Notes: a model not told the origin generated them from the sequence alone. Positions 26,425 through 36,648 are shown, counted from the stretch's first letter. The stretch: DNA of 63,936 bases from an uncultured bacterium (GCA_964532995.1 CAZHJN010000003.1:1-63936), one strand, 5' to 3'. Numbers and translations: made by a program.

Positions 26425-27690
26425 TTAAACTTCCTTGGACCACAAATCTTCAACTCTTTCACGCTCCCGACAGCATATCACCTTATCACACGATACCATA
26501 ACCTCTGCTGCGCGAACTCTTCCATTGTAATTGGAACTCATCGAAAAACCATATGCTCCGGCGCTCATAACCGCAATAACATCCCCGGAAGTCAGATTGC
26601 CGGGCAACTTCCTGTCTTTTCCGAGAAAATCACCTGTTTCACAGATGGGCCCAACAATATCATATTTAACAGATTTCCCTTTTTTTAATGCGGCAGGGAA
26701 AATTTCGTGATAACTCCCGTAAAGAGATGGCCTGATCAAATCATTCATACCGGCATCAACTATCAAAAAATTCCTGTGGGCTGTTTTTTTATTGTATATT
26801 ACACGGGTGAGAAGAATCCCGGCGTTTCCCACAATAAATCTTCCAGGTTCAATTATCATCAAAACATCGGGAAAATTCTTAACAAAGAAATCACAGATTT
26901 TCTTACCAAAATCTTCTATTGGTTCTATCGGTTCATTTCTATACTGGATACCAAAACCACCACCGATATCAATCACTGATGGAGTAAAATTTATATCCGT
27001 CAGAAAATTTTTGAGTTTTCTGAGAGCTTTAATATAAAATACAGAGCTTTTTATATTTGAACCAAGATGAAACTGTATCCCTGATATATTTATATGTCGG
27101 AAATTTCTCCTGTTTTTAATAATCGACCTTACCTGATTTTCTGGCATTCCAAATTTTGTTTCTTTCTTCGCCGTTTTTGTATAGTGATGGGTATCCACAT
27201 CAACATCAAGATTTATTCGCAGATTGACGCTGACAATTTTTCTCATATTTCCTGCAGTTTCATTTATAGCTTTCAACTCCTCAATACTTTCAACGGTAAA
27301 AAGATATATTCCCTTTTTTAAAGCGTCCGTTATTTCCCCTCGGGTTTTCCCGACTCCGGCAAAAACTATTTTTTTTGCATTAAATCCCGCTTTTAACGCT
27401 TTCATCATTTCACCACCAGAAACAATATCAACACCGCACCCTGATTCTTTAACAATTTTCAAAATTCCCATATTACTATTGGCTTTCATTGAATAACAGA
27501 CCAGAGGTGATACTTTTCTGAAAGCATTGCAAATTTTATTAATCTGCGTTTTCACATAATTTGAACTATAAACATACACAGGGGTCCCGAATTTAGCACA
27601 GATTTCTTCAGCGCAAACATCTTCAATAAACAATCTGCCTTTTTCAAACCTGTAAATGCCTTCTGATATTAAATCAAGATATTCTTCCAT
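26425..27690 (-). CDS. lysA: Diaminopimelate decarboxylase
   Basis: Fold-III PLP decarboxylase with YSMKANSN (PLP Lys), IDIGGGFG and CETGD motifs; 421 aa. Confidence 0.9.
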   Translation of the reverse strand: MEEYLDLISEGIYRFEKGRLFIEDVCAEEICAKFGTPVYVYSSNYVKTQINKICNAFRKVSPLVCYSMKANSNMGILKIVKESGCGVDIVSGGEMMKALKAGFNAKKIVFAGVGKTRGEITDALKKGIYLFTVESIEELKAINETAGNMRKIVSVNLRINLDVDVDTHHYTKTAKKETKFGMPENQVRSIIKNRRNFRHINISGIQFHLGSNIKSSVFYIKALRKLKNFLTDINFTPSVIDIGGGFGIQYRNEPIEPIEDFGKKICDFFVKNFPDVLMIIEPGRFIVGNAGILLTRVIYNKKTAHRNFLIVDAGMNDLIRPSLYGSYHEIFPAALKKGKSVKYDIVGPICETGDFLGKDRKLPGNLTSGDVIAVMSAGAYGFSMSSNYNGRVRAAEVMVSCDKVICCRERERVEDLWSKEV

Positions 27691-29042
27691 TTTCTCAGTT
27701 CCTTTTTGACCTGATTTATGCCTGTACCACCAGGTGAATTCTTCAAATTTATAGATTTTTCCGGATTCAAATTCTTAATAAACCTGACAGTATCGCTGGT
27801 ACCGGTAATCTCATTTATTGTTTTTTCGTCAAGGTCTTTAAGTGGTATACCTTTTTTTATAGATATTTCCACAAGCCTCGCAACCATATGATGCGCCTGC
27901 CTGAATGGAACTCCCTTTCTGGTAAGAAATTCAGCTATGTCAGTCGCTTCAATATAGCCATAGTTGCATGCCTGTTTCATTTTTTCAGCATGTATTTCAG
28001 TTCTTTTGATTATTTCGGTCATTATTAAAATCGAAACATGTGAAATTTCACATGTTTCAAACAGAAATCTTTTGTCTTCCTGTAAATCTCTGTTATATGA
28101 AAGAGGTAGACCCTTCATAAGAGAAAATATACCAACCATATTGCCGAGTACAGTTGATGTTCTGCCCCTTATTAATTCAAGAACATCAGGATTTTTTTTC
28201 TGGGGCATTATACTTGATCCTGTGCAGAATTCTTCTGGAAGATCAACAAAACTGATTAGTGGAGAATGCCAAAAAATCAATTCCTCAGACATCCTGGAAA
28301 GATGAATCATCAATATACCAGAAGATGAAATTATTTCAAGAATAAAGTCCCTGTCACTAACCGCATCTATACTGTTGCTAAAAACTTCCTCAAAACCAAA
28401 TTTTTTTGCCACATATTCAGGATCTATGTCAAAGGATGTCCCGGTACATGCACATGCTCCAAGAGGAGATATATTTATACGCTTCAGAGCATCAATCATT
28501 CTTTTTCTGTCTCTTTCAAGCATACAAACATAAGCAAGCAGGTGATGAGAAAGAAGAACCGGTTGCGCTGGTTGAAGGTGTGTAAACTCCGGTAGATAAA
28601 TTCCCAGCCATTCTTCGGCTTTTGCGACCAGAGTCTTCTGCAAAATTTTAATTGAGGTTTCAATTTCAGGAAGAATGTTTTTAAGAAAAAGTTTTTCATC
28701 AAGCACAATCTGGTCATTTCTTGAACGGGCGGTATGAAGTTTTCCGCCCACAGTTCCAATAATTTCAATCAGCCTTCTTTCAATCGCAGTATGAATATCC
28801 TCATCTTTATCAAAAACAAATCTATTGTTTCTTATTTCACTCTCAATCTTCCTTAACCCCGAGGTAATTTTTCTTCCATCTCTAACAGATATAATTTTCT
28901 GGCGTATGAGCATTTCTGCATGGGCTATACTACCGGAAACATCGAAAATTGCAAGGTTTTTATCAATATCAAGTGAAAAGGTGAAATTTTTTGCCATTTC
29001 ATGCAATTCTTTTCTGAATCTTCCACTCCAGAGATATTTCAT
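27669..29042 (-). CDS. argH: Argininosuccinate lyase
   Basis: The track ORF (to 29168) is trimmed to ATG 29042 (MKYLWSGRF), which has a GGGAGGA Shine-Dalgarno. TARSRNDQ and GSSIMPQKKNPD signature motifs are present. Confidence 0.9.
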   Translation of the reverse strand: MKYLWSGRFRKELHEMAKNFTFSLDIDKNLAIFDVSGSIAHAEMLIRQKIISVRDGRKITSGLRKIESEIRNNRFVFDKDEDIHTAIERRLIEIIGTVGGKLHTARSRNDQIVLDEKLFLKNILPEIETSIKILQKTLVAKAEEWLGIYLPEFTHLQPAQPVLLSHHLLAYVCMLERDRKRMIDALKRINISPLGACACTGTSFDIDPEYVAKKFGFEEVFSNSIDAVSDRDFILEIISSSGILMIHLSRMSEELIFWHSPLISFVDLPEEFCTGSSIMPQKKNPDVLELIRGRTSTVLGNMVGIFSLMKGLPLSYNRDLQEDKRFLFETCEISHVSILIMTEIIKRTEIHAEKMKQACNYGYIEATDIAEFLTRKGVPFRQAHHMVARLVEISIKKGIPLKDLDEKTINEITGTSDTVRFIKNLNPEKSINLKNSPGGTGINQVKKELRKWKNILI

Positions 29043-29122
29043 GATTTTTTCCTCCCGGGTATTTAATGATTTTATCAAAAGTATTATAATAATGCAATCG
29101 TGCAAAACAGGAAAGGAAACGT

Positions 29123-30994
29123 ATGCAGAAGAAAAAACTTGTAATAGTGGAATCTCCCGCAAAGGCAAAAACCATAGGTCATATTCTTGGTCCTGAATAC
29201 ATTGTGAAAGCCACTCTGGGACATATCAGGGATCTACCCGAAAACACTTTTGGCGTTGATCTGACCACCTTTAATCCAGAATACAAAATATTACCCGGAA
29301 AAAAGAAGATTGCTTTCTATTTGAAAAAACTTGCAGATAGCGCAGAATCAATATATCTTGCCACTGATGAAGACAGAGAAGGAGAAGCAATTGCATGGCA
29401 TACAGTGGCTGTGCTCAACAAACCCATAGATGATGTCAGAAGAGTTGCATTTCATGAAATCACAAAACCGGCTGTACTGGAATCCTTCGAAAATCCAAGA
29501 AAGATAGATATGAATCTTGTTTCTGCTCAACAAGCCCGACGAATTCTTGACCGGATTGTTGGTTACAGCATAAGTCCATTGCTTGGAAAGAGACTTTCGG
29601 CTGGAAGAGTCCAATCTGTGGCACTTCAATTAATTGTTACAAGAGAAAAAGAAATCCTTGATTTTAAACCTCAACCTTACTGGGTCGTGAAAATTACTGC
29701 ACAATATAAAGAAAAAATTTTTTCAATGACCCTTGTTTCAATTGACGGTGAAAATATTCCTGCTCCTGGAATAATAAATAAAGAACAGGCCGAAAAATGT
29801 GTCAGTGAAATAAAAAACCTGCCATTAATTGTTTCTGAAGTATTGAAGACAACCAAAAGTATGGGACCCTACCCTCCCTTTATTACAAGCTCACTTCAGC
29901 AAGAAGCATCAATAAAACTCGGTTTTTCATCGTCAAAAACAATGCTCATTGCACAACGGCTCTATGAAGGAATCCCTCTTGAAAGAAAAAAACCAGTTGG
30001 ATTGATAACATATATGAGAACAGATTCTCCTTCTGTTTCAAGATATGCTCAAAACCAGGCAGCAAAGTTTATTCTTGAAAACTATGGAAAGAACTATCTT
30101 CCAGAAAAACCACCATATTATGTTTCTCGCATTTCAAGTGCCCAGGAAGCTCATGAAGCAATAAGACCAACACATGTCAGTTTTATACCGGATAATATTA
30201 AGAAGTATCTTAATAAAGATGAATTTGCGCTTTATAAGATGATATGGGAAAGATTTATTTCCAGCCAGATGAAACCAGCCAACATTGAAACATTAACTCT
30301 AAGAGCAAATGCGGGCAGATATGGCTTTGAAGCATCAAGCTCAAGAATTGTTTTTGATGGCTTCTCCAAACTCTGGAAAATAAAAATAGACGAGGGTGAA
30401 AAAAATCTTCCGGGAAATATCTCTGAGGGAGATAGAATCGAAATCATGGAAGCGAAACAGGAAGAGAAAAAAACGAATCCTCCGCCTCGTTATACTGAAG
30501 CATCTTTAATCAGGACCCTTGAAAAATTTGAAATTGGAAGACCTTCAACATACGCACCCACAATCAGCACTTTGCTGAAGAGAAAATATGTAAGAAAAGA
30601 AAAAAGAACTCTTGTACCCGAAGAACTTGGAATTTCTGTATCCGATGCATTATCCAGATACTTTCCTGATGTTATAAATGTCCAGTTTACTGCTGAAATG
30701 GAAAAAGAACTTGATGAAATTGCAGAAGGCAAAAAGGACTGGACTGAATTGCTGAGAGATTTTTATGGTAGCTTCAAAAATTTGCTGGAAAAAGCTTCTC
30801 TCGATATGAATTCAAATATCAAAAAACCCGAAGTCAGAACAACTGTGGAAAAAATTGAAAAAACATGTCCAAAATGTGGTAAAGGGCTGGTGATAAGAAA
30901 AAGCAGGTATGGAAAATTTATTGGTTGTCTTGGTTTTCCAAAATGCAGGTATACAGAAAGGATGAAAACAAATGCTGATAATTCCAGCAATTGA
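29123..30994 (+). CDS. topA: DNA topoisomerase I
   Basis: TOPRIM domain LVIVESPAKAKTI, active-site region ITYMRTDS, and one C-terminal Zn ribbon CPKCG...CLGFPKC; 623 aa. Confidence 0.95.
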   Translation: MQKKKLVIVESPAKAKTIGHILGPEYIVKATLGHIRDLPENTFGVDLTTFNPEYKILPGKKKIAFYLKKLADSAESIYLATDEDREGEAIAWHTVAVLNKPIDDVRRVAFHEITKPAVLESFENPRKIDMNLVSAQQARRILDRIVGYSISPLLGKRLSAGRVQSVALQLIVTREKEILDFKPQPYWVVKITAQYKEKIFSMTLVSIDGENIPAPGIINKEQAEKCVSEIKNLPLIVSEVLKTTKSMGPYPPFITSSLQQEASIKLGFSSSKTMLIAQRLYEGIPLERKKPVGLITYMRTDSPSVSRYAQNQAAKFILENYGKNYLPEKPPYYVSRISSAQEAHEAIRPTHVSFIPDNIKKYLNKDEFALYKMIWERFISSQMKPANIETLTLRANAGRYGFEASSSRIVFDGFSKLWKIKIDEGEKNLPGNISEGDRIEIMEAKQEEKKTNPPPRYTEASLIRTLEKFEIGRPSTYAPTISTLLKRKYVRKEKRTLVPEELGISVSDALSRYFPDVINVQFTAEMEKELDEIAEGKKDWTELLRDFYGSFKNLLEKASLDMNSNIKKPEVRTTVEKIEKTCPKCGKGLVIRKSRYGKFIGCLGFPKCRYTERMKTNADNSSN

Positions 30995-31829
30995 TCTGAA
31001 AAAAAGCAAAGTGGTTCGGTTGCATAAAGGCAGATTTGAACAGGTAACCTCATATGGACTGAACCCTGAAAATCTCGTTAAGGATTTTATTATTAAGGGT
31101 GCCAGACGTGTACATATTGTTTCGCTTCTTGGAGCCAGAGATGGAAAGATTCTCAAAGAAGATCTGGATGTTATAGGAAATCTTGTCAGAGTTAGAAATC
31201 TGATTGCCACCGAAGAATGCGCATTTCAACTTGGTGGTGGTATAAGAAGAATTTATGAAGTCAGGCAACTTTTAGAACTCGGTATTGATTTTTTGATTGT
31301 GGGAACCGCAATTGTTCTGCCACAAATTTTTGAAGCAAATTTCACAATAGGCGATATATCAAAAGCCTATTCTCTTGCTGACAGGAAGTTTGTTGTTGAA
31401 AGGGAAATTCCTGAACCAGATCTTATTGATAGATTAAAATCAGACATAAAAAATAGAATAATAGTGAGCGTGGATGTTTCAAGAAATTCAGTTGCACTCA
31501 GCGGTTGGGTGGTAACAATTCCTGTTGAGCCATCCTGGATAATTGCAAAACTTATTGATAAGGGTTTTTCTAAATTTATGATTACTGATACAACCAGAGA
31601 TGGTACATTATCCGGCATCAATATAGAGGTATTTGATAATATAATCAATAAGGTAAAAAATCAGGTTGATAAAGAAATTGAATATATTATAGGCGGTGGA
31701 ATAGGTTCTGAAAAAGATATCGAATTGATTGTAAATTCCGGTATCTCCATATCAGGAATTGTGTTAGGGAAAGCATTGTACGAACAGAAGATTCAATTAC
31801 ATTCTCTTATAAAAAAATATCAAAAGTAA
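30972..31829 (+). CDS. HisA/HisF-family (beta/alpha)8 barrel protein, divergent
   Basis: The N-terminus MLIIPAIDLKKSKVVRLHKG is HisA-like, with QLGGGIR, VSVDV...GW and IIGGGIGS phosphate-binding motifs. At 285 aa it is about 40 aa longer than HisA. No other his genes are in the window. Confidence 0.6.
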   Translation: MLIIPAIDLKKSKVVRLHKGRFEQVTSYGLNPENLVKDFIIKGARRVHIVSLLGARDGKILKEDLDVIGNLVRVRNLIATEECAFQLGGGIRRIYEVRQLLELGIDFLIVGTAIVLPQIFEANFTIGDISKAYSLADRKFVVEREIPEPDLIDRLKSDIKNRIIVSVDVSRNSVALSGWVVTIPVEPSWIIAKLIDKGFSKFMITDTTRDGTLSGINIEVFDNIINKVKNQVDKEIEYIIGGGIGSEKDIELIVNSGISISGIVLGKALYEQKIQLHSLIKKYQK

Positions 31830-31841
31830 GATTTTGATATT
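31816..31841. terminator. AT-rich hairpin between convergent hisA-like and cimA genes
   Basis: AATATCAAAA (31816-31825), loop GTAAGA, TTTTGATATT (31832-31841): a 10-bp perfect stem spanning the TAA stop. A T run follows at 31855-31861. The stem has only one G:C pair, so it is weak. Confidence 0.25.
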
Positions 31842-31860
31842 CTCGATATGATATGTTTTT

Positions 31861-33462
31861 TCAGGAATCAGATCCCTCATGCTTATAATCAGAGAAGTCT
31901 CTGACACTTTTTACAATTTTGTATGCAAAACTATCCACCAGTGCTTTCCATGAAGCTTCGATGATATTTTCTGACAGTCCTATGGTTCCCCAGGTTTCAG
32001 TTTCATCCATCGACTCTATAAGCACACGCGTAACAGCTCCTGTCGCTTTTTCTGGATGCAGAATTCTTACCTTGTAATCAGTCAACTTCAAATGAGAAAT
32101 ACACTCGTAAAAAGGTAACAGAGCTTTTCTTAAAGCATTATCAAGAGCATTGACAGGACCATTACCTTCAGCAACAGTATACTCTGTTTTCCTGCCAACT
32201 TTGACTTTGACAGTAGCCTCTGCAACCACTTTAGAATTTCTCTCTTCCACAATAACTCTGAAGCCTTCAACATGAAATGGTTCTTTATAGATGCCCATAA
32301 TTTTTCTAACCATCAAATCAAAAGATGCTTCAGCAGCTTCAAATTGATAACCTTTTTTTTCAAGCTCACCGATTGTATCAAGTATTTCTTTTATAATTTC
32401 TGACCTTTTCTCAATCCCGTATTTAGCAAGTTTTTGAAGTATTGTACTTTTGCCAGAAAGTTCTGAAACAAGTACTCTTCTCTGGTTACCGACCTTTTCG
32501 GGTGAAATATGTTCGTATGTTCTGGGATTTTTATTAACAGCATCCACATGAACTCCAGCCTTGTGAGCAAAAGCACTTAAACCCACAAATGGCTGATTTC
32601 CAGGGGGGATAATATTTGCAACCTCATAAACATATCTGGAAAGCTCTGTAAGAAGATTCATCTTTTCCTCTTCAAGGCACTTTAAACCCATTTTAATCTG
32701 CAAAATTGGTATAATCGCTGTCAGATCAGCATTTCCACATCTTTCACCGAATCCATTTATCGTTCCATGGACATGTTTTGCACCTGCATGAACCGCTGCC
32801 AAAGAATTCGCAACAGCAGTGCCGGCATCATTATGAGCATGAATTCCAACAGGGATTTTTAAAATACTGCAGACATTTCGAACAATTTTCTCCACCTCAA
32901 AAGGAAGGGTACCCCCATTTGTATCACAAAGAACAATCCTTTCCGCACCACTTTCCTGGGCAACAAGTAATGTCTTTATTGCATATTCTCTATTTTCTCT
33001 GTAGCCATCGAAAAAGTGTTCCGCATCGAAAAATACAATTTTTCCCCTCGACCTGAGAAAACTTATCGAATCTGCTATCAAATCCAGGTTTTCTTCAAGA
33101 GAAATTTTCAACACTTCCCTTACATGAAAATCCCAGGATTTCCCAAAAATGGTTATTATGTCTGTACCCGCTTCAACAAGTGCTTTCAGAAATGGGTCCT
33201 TCTCAGGCGAAAGATTCTTCCTTCTTGTGCTACCAAAAGCAACAAGTTTACTGTGCCTGAGTTTTTTTGAAGACATTTTTCTAAAAAATTCTACTGCTTT
33301 TGGATTGGAACCCGGCCATCCACCTTCAATGAAATCAACACCAAACTCATCAAGTTTCTCAGCTATTTTTATCTGATCAGGAACGGTGAAAAAAATGGAT
33401 TCTCCCTGAGCACCGTCTCTGAGTGTGGTATCATAAATTTCAAATTTTGTTTGTTTTTCCAT
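31861..33462 (-). CDS. cimA: Citramalate synthase / 2-isopropylmalate synthase family
   Basis: IYDTTLRDGAQGE, HAHNDAGTAVANSLAAV and a C-terminal LeuA-dimer regulatory domain. Length (533 aa) and N-terminus fit the CimA type. Confidence 0.8.
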   Translation of the reverse strand: MEKQTKFEIYDTTLRDGAQGESIFFTVPDQIKIAEKLDEFGVDFIEGGWPGSNPKAVEFFRKMSSKKLRHSKLVAFGSTRRKNLSPEKDPFLKALVEAGTDIITIFGKSWDFHVREVLKISLEENLDLIADSISFLRSRGKIVFFDAEHFFDGYRENREYAIKTLLVAQESGAERIVLCDTNGGTLPFEVEKIVRNVCSILKIPVGIHAHNDAGTAVANSLAAVHAGAKHVHGTINGFGERCGNADLTAIIPILQIKMGLKCLEEEKMNLLTELSRYVYEVANIIPPGNQPFVGLSAFAHKAGVHVDAVNKNPRTYEHISPEKVGNQRRVLVSELSGKSTILQKLAKYGIEKRSEIIKEILDTIGELEKKGYQFEAAEASFDLMVRKIMGIYKEPFHVEGFRVIVEERNSKVVAEATVKVKVGRKTEYTVAEGNGPVNALDNALRKALLPFYECISHLKLTDYKVRILHPEKATGAVTRVLIESMDETETWGTIGLSENIIEASWKALVDSFAYKIVKSVRDFSDYKHEGSDS

Positions 33463-33473
33463 GGTGAATTATT

Positions 33474-34226
33474 TTACTTCCCGAAATCTGGTATGTCAAA
33501 ATCCGTACACAGAATCATCATACTTCTAACTATCCCGATAATCCCTATCATTATTACGATAACAGCAGCAATTTTGTTAAATTTTTCCTCCGGTATAAAA
33601 CTTTTCAATTTTAATCCTGAAATGGTTCCAAAAAACGCAGGCAAAAATCCAAAAAAGAATATTCTTAGATTCTCATGATCAAAAAATCCATTTACAAAAT
33701 ATAAGGTGTTTGAATAAATCCCGTTAAAAAGAAAACAACAAAGCAGCGTTGCTCTAAAACTTTCTTTTTTCATACCAAGTAACATCATAAGAAATATTAA
33801 AGGCGGTCCGCCCATCGCTGCTGTTCCTGACAGAATACCGCTGAAAAAACCGCTTGCAAAAAAGAAAACCTTTTTTTCTTTAATTAAAGGCCTGAATCCA
33901 CAGGCAAAAATAGAACCAAGAATTAGTGTGAACGCTGATATGAGAAATCTTATCATATCCTGGTCTGCGTATTTCAGAAAAAAAACGCCAGAGGGTATAC
34001 CTGCGAACGAACCCATCACTATCAATTTTACTTTTTGCCATTCAATATCCTTATGTACTTCTGAAATAAGAAAAAGGTTAAAGATAAACACTGTGAGGGA
34101 AAAAGGTGGGATGATAAATCTGGGATCGTTTACAAGGGTAAGAAGGGGTATGGCAAAAAGTCCTGCTCCAAATCCACCGATCGCCTGTATGAAAGAAGCG
34201 ATAAAAAAAACCGTGTAAATAATCAT
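33474..34226 (-). CDS. TauE/SafE family anion exporter-like membrane protein
   Basis: 250 aa with about 8 TM helices and a two-fold internal repeat. Gly-rich helices GGFGAGLFAIPLL and SGTAAMGGPPLIF. Confidence 0.65.
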   Translation of the reverse strand: MIIYTVFFIASFIQAIGGFGAGLFAIPLLTLVNDPRFIIPPFSLTVFIFNLFLISEVHKDIEWQKVKLIVMGSFAGIPSGVFFLKYADQDMIRFLISAFTLILGSIFACGFRPLIKEKKVFFFASGFFSGILSGTAAMGGPPLIFLMMLLGMKKESFRATLLCCFLFNGIYSNTLYFVNGFFDHENLRIFFFGFLPAFFGTISGLKLKSFIPEEKFNKIAAVIVIMIGIIGIVRSMMILCTDFDIPDFGK

Positions 34227-34257
34227 AACAACAGTGTTTGTTTGCAGAAGATCCTTT

Positions 34258-35148
34258 TTAACTTTCGAGATGCAAAAATTTAATAGCGTTTTCTCGCGCT
34301 ATTTTATTAAATACTGTGCTTGATATATTTCCTGTATCCCTGAGATTCTTTAAAAAATCAATAAGTGGCGTCGGAGTATCAGGAGCGCAGATATCAGTAC
34401 CAAAAAAAAGCCTGTCCTGAAATTCATTAAGAAAATGTATTCCGTACTCAATATCTCTTGAGATAGCATTGAAACCACTGTATGCAGAAAGGTCGCCAAG
34501 AAGATTTCCGTACCTTCTGAACAGTTTTGGAACAACACCTTCCTTTCTTATCGGATAATCCGGATAACCGAATCTATCCGCAGGTGTCTCGAGTTCAGAA
34601 ATTTCTGCCCAGAAAGGTTGCGAGTGTCCAAGAAAATAAAGGTTTGGAAAATTCCGAAGTGTCTGTTCCAGCTGAGGTAGACCAATATCGTCATAAAGTC
34701 CGTATACACCACCAAGTTTGGGTGCAATGTGAAAAAGTACAGGAAGCTTAACTTTCTCTGCATGCTCGAATAAGTTCTGAACAAGAGGATGAAGAAAAGG
34801 AAGATTCGCTGTTATTTCTCCAATTCCTTTACAGCCCTGTTTTTTATAGTGGGTCAGAACCTCCTCCAGAGGCGCATCTGGAGAATTTGTTATCACTCGC
34901 GGATCAATATTGCAAAATGGTATGAACCTGTCAGGGAACTGCCTGCAAATTTCCAGAACTTCTTCCACGCTTTGCGGCTGAATGCTGCATTCCGGAGAAA
35001 CACCGGGGAGAATAACTGCTTTTTCTATTTCAAGCTCATCATACCTTTTCAAAAGCTGCTCAGGAGTTGAATAACTCTGCTTTCCGCTCCTGAAAAATGT
35101 TGGATATTTTCTCAAATGAACATGTATATCTATAAACATTTTTTTCAC
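34258..35148 (-). CDS. Metal-dependent amidohydrolase (TIM-barrel, amidohydrolase_2-like)
   Basis: FIDIHVHL metal-binding motif at the N-terminus and a later H/D pattern (FHIAP, GHSQ, FGTD); 296 aa. Confidence 0.65.
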   Translation of the reverse strand: MKKMFIDIHVHLRKYPTFFRSGKQSYSTPEQLLKRYDELEIEKAVILPGVSPECSIQPQSVEEVLEICRQFPDRFIPFCNIDPRVITNSPDAPLEEVLTHYKKQGCKGIGEITANLPFLHPLVQNLFEHAEKVKLPVLFHIAPKLGGVYGLYDDIGLPQLEQTLRNFPNLYFLGHSQPFWAEISELETPADRFGYPDYPIRKEGVVPKLFRRYGNLLGDLSAYSGFNAISRDIEYGIHFLNEFQDRLFFGTDICAPDTPTPLIDFLKNLRDTGNISSTVFNKIARENAIKFLHLES

Positions 35149-35166
35149 TCTTCAGATGTTCAACTG

Positions 35167-35931
35167 CTACCACTTTATTATCTCAAGACCATTATTAATT
35201 TCAAATTCTTTTTCAGTATAGTATGGATTATCAGGCGTTGTCCCTTCAGGACCGAGCCTTTTTATTATTAGTCTTACAGGAAACTTCACCTTATACGGTT
35301 TCATTTTTGGAAGTGCTTTTACCGCTTTCTTTGCACCCTCAATTAACATGGGCCTTGTTTCTTCCGGAGCAAGAAGTATACCGGCCTCTCTGGCTATGCC
35401 CTTTTTTACAGCTACAGTAACAAGTTCTTCTCCTAAGGTTGCTTTTGCTTCCCTGCATGCGGCTTCGTCTCCGGTGACAAGAATTACAGGAATGTTGTAA
35501 TGTCCTGCAATTACGGCACATTGGTAAATCTCTCCCCTTTCCACACCATCATAGAAATATTTTGCCTCAACGGTTGAACTCTGGGTATGATGAAGTAAAC
35601 CTCCAGGTGTTCCATTCATGGCATGATATCCAATCAGAATAAATCCATCAAAGGATTCATCCAGTCCAAAAAAAGTTCCACCCCTCGGCCAACCTGTGAT
35701 ATAACGCACTCCGGGCATCATGAACTCCGGAATAAAATTATTTCCGCCATCATGACCATCAAGAACATAGATTTCATCCACACCTGCCTGTTTTAAACCT
35801 TCACAAACAGCAGAGACATCGGCCATAAGTAATTTCATCGCTGATTCAAATTCCGGTGAATTTGGTCTTGTCTGATTCCACTTAAAAACTCCGGTTGCTC
35901 CTTCCAGGTCTGTGCATATATAAATCTTCAT
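35167..35931 (-). CDS. Peptidase M55 (DppA-type D-aminopeptidase) family
   Basis: MKIYICTDLEGATGV N-terminus, GYHAMNGT and VILVTGDEAAC motifs; 254 aa. Confidence 0.75.
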   Translation of the reverse strand: MKIYICTDLEGATGVFKWNQTRPNSPEFESAMKLLMADVSAVCEGLKQAGVDEIYVLDGHDGGNNFIPEFMMPGVRYITGWPRGGTFFGLDESFDGFILIGYHAMNGTPGGLLHHTQSSTVEAKYFYDGVERGEIYQCAVIAGHYNIPVILVTGDEAACREAKATLGEELVTVAVKKGIAREAGILLAPEETRPMLIEGAKKAVKALPKMKPYKVKFPVRLIIKRLGPEGTTPDNPYYTEKEFEINNGLEIIKW

Positions 35932-35944
35932 TTTGCCTCCTTTC

Positions 35945-36592
35945 TTATTTTGAAGCCCACAAAAGTCCTCTTCTTGTAATCTCTCTCACTTCGAAAACAT
36001 CAAAATCGGTCCTCACATGCCCGAGAGAGGAATAAAAAACCCTCCCTTTTCCAAACGTTCTTTTCCAGACAACAGGCATGGTACAGTTGTCTATCCATGG
36101 CACAGTATCACGGGTAAACCTCGTTATTGCCAGAACATCATTTGATGGATCAATATGCATATAATACTGCTCTGACTTTATTTTAAAGTTTTTGATCCCC
36201 TCAACAACAGGATCCTGGGGTTTCACTATTTCAACCTCATATTCAACTATCCCTCCGGGATGAGCAACCCATTGTCCGCCAACCATGAATTGGTATGATG
36301 GGTTACTTCTGAATGCATCACCCATTCCCCCATGCCATCCAGCAATACCGGTTCCTGATTGAACCGCTGAAAGCAAACCTTTTTCCTGTTCGGCAGTTAT
36401 ATTTCCAGCTGTCCAGACAGGCACAATCAGATTTAAACCGGAAATAAATTCAGCATCAGTAAGAATATCAAGGCTTTTATGAACAAAAACATCAAAACCT
36501 TCTTTTTTCATAATGTCTGAGAATAATTCAACACATTCCTCTGGCTGATGACCTGTCCAACCACCGCATAAGAAAAGAACAGATTTTTTCAT
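35945..36592 (-). CDS. ThuA-like (class I glutamine-amidotransferase-like fold) protein
   Basis: 215 aa. LFLCGGWTGHQPEE, GWHGGMGDAF and YSSLGH motifs resemble ThuA-domain proteins. Confidence 0.55.
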   Translation of the reverse strand: MKKSVLFLCGGWTGHQPEECVELFSDIMKKEGFDVFVHKSLDILTDAEFISGLNLIVPVWTAGNITAEQEKGLLSAVQSGTGIAGWHGGMGDAFRSNPSYQFMVGGQWVAHPGGIVEYEVEIVKPQDPVVEGIKNFKIKSEQYYMHIDPSNDVLAITRFTRDTVPWIDNCTMPVVWKRTFGKGRVFYSSLGHVRTDFDVFEVREITRRGLLWASK

Positions 36593-36639
36593 AAAATTTC
36601 TCCTTTAAAAAAATTTTATTTTTAGAATTGTGCGCATTT

Positions 36640-36648
36640 TGTTATAAT
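36640..36648 (+). promoter_or_regulatory. Extended -10 promoter element upstream of the M24 peptidase gene
   Basis: TGTTATAAT (TGn + TATAAT) lies 24 nt upstream of ATG 36673. No good -35 box. Confidence 0.4.

Noticed and set aside
29043-29168. Long N-terminal extensions in track ORFs: argH (to 29168), M24 peptidase (36628-36672), yajC (48593-48652), pilin 1 (140-238), minor pilin (6321-6392), GT-C A (52391-52426), nrnA (42694-42744).
   Set aside because: Internal ATGs with strong GGAGG-type Shine-Dalgarno sites give the canonical family N-termini. The extensions overlap upstream genes or promoter regions.
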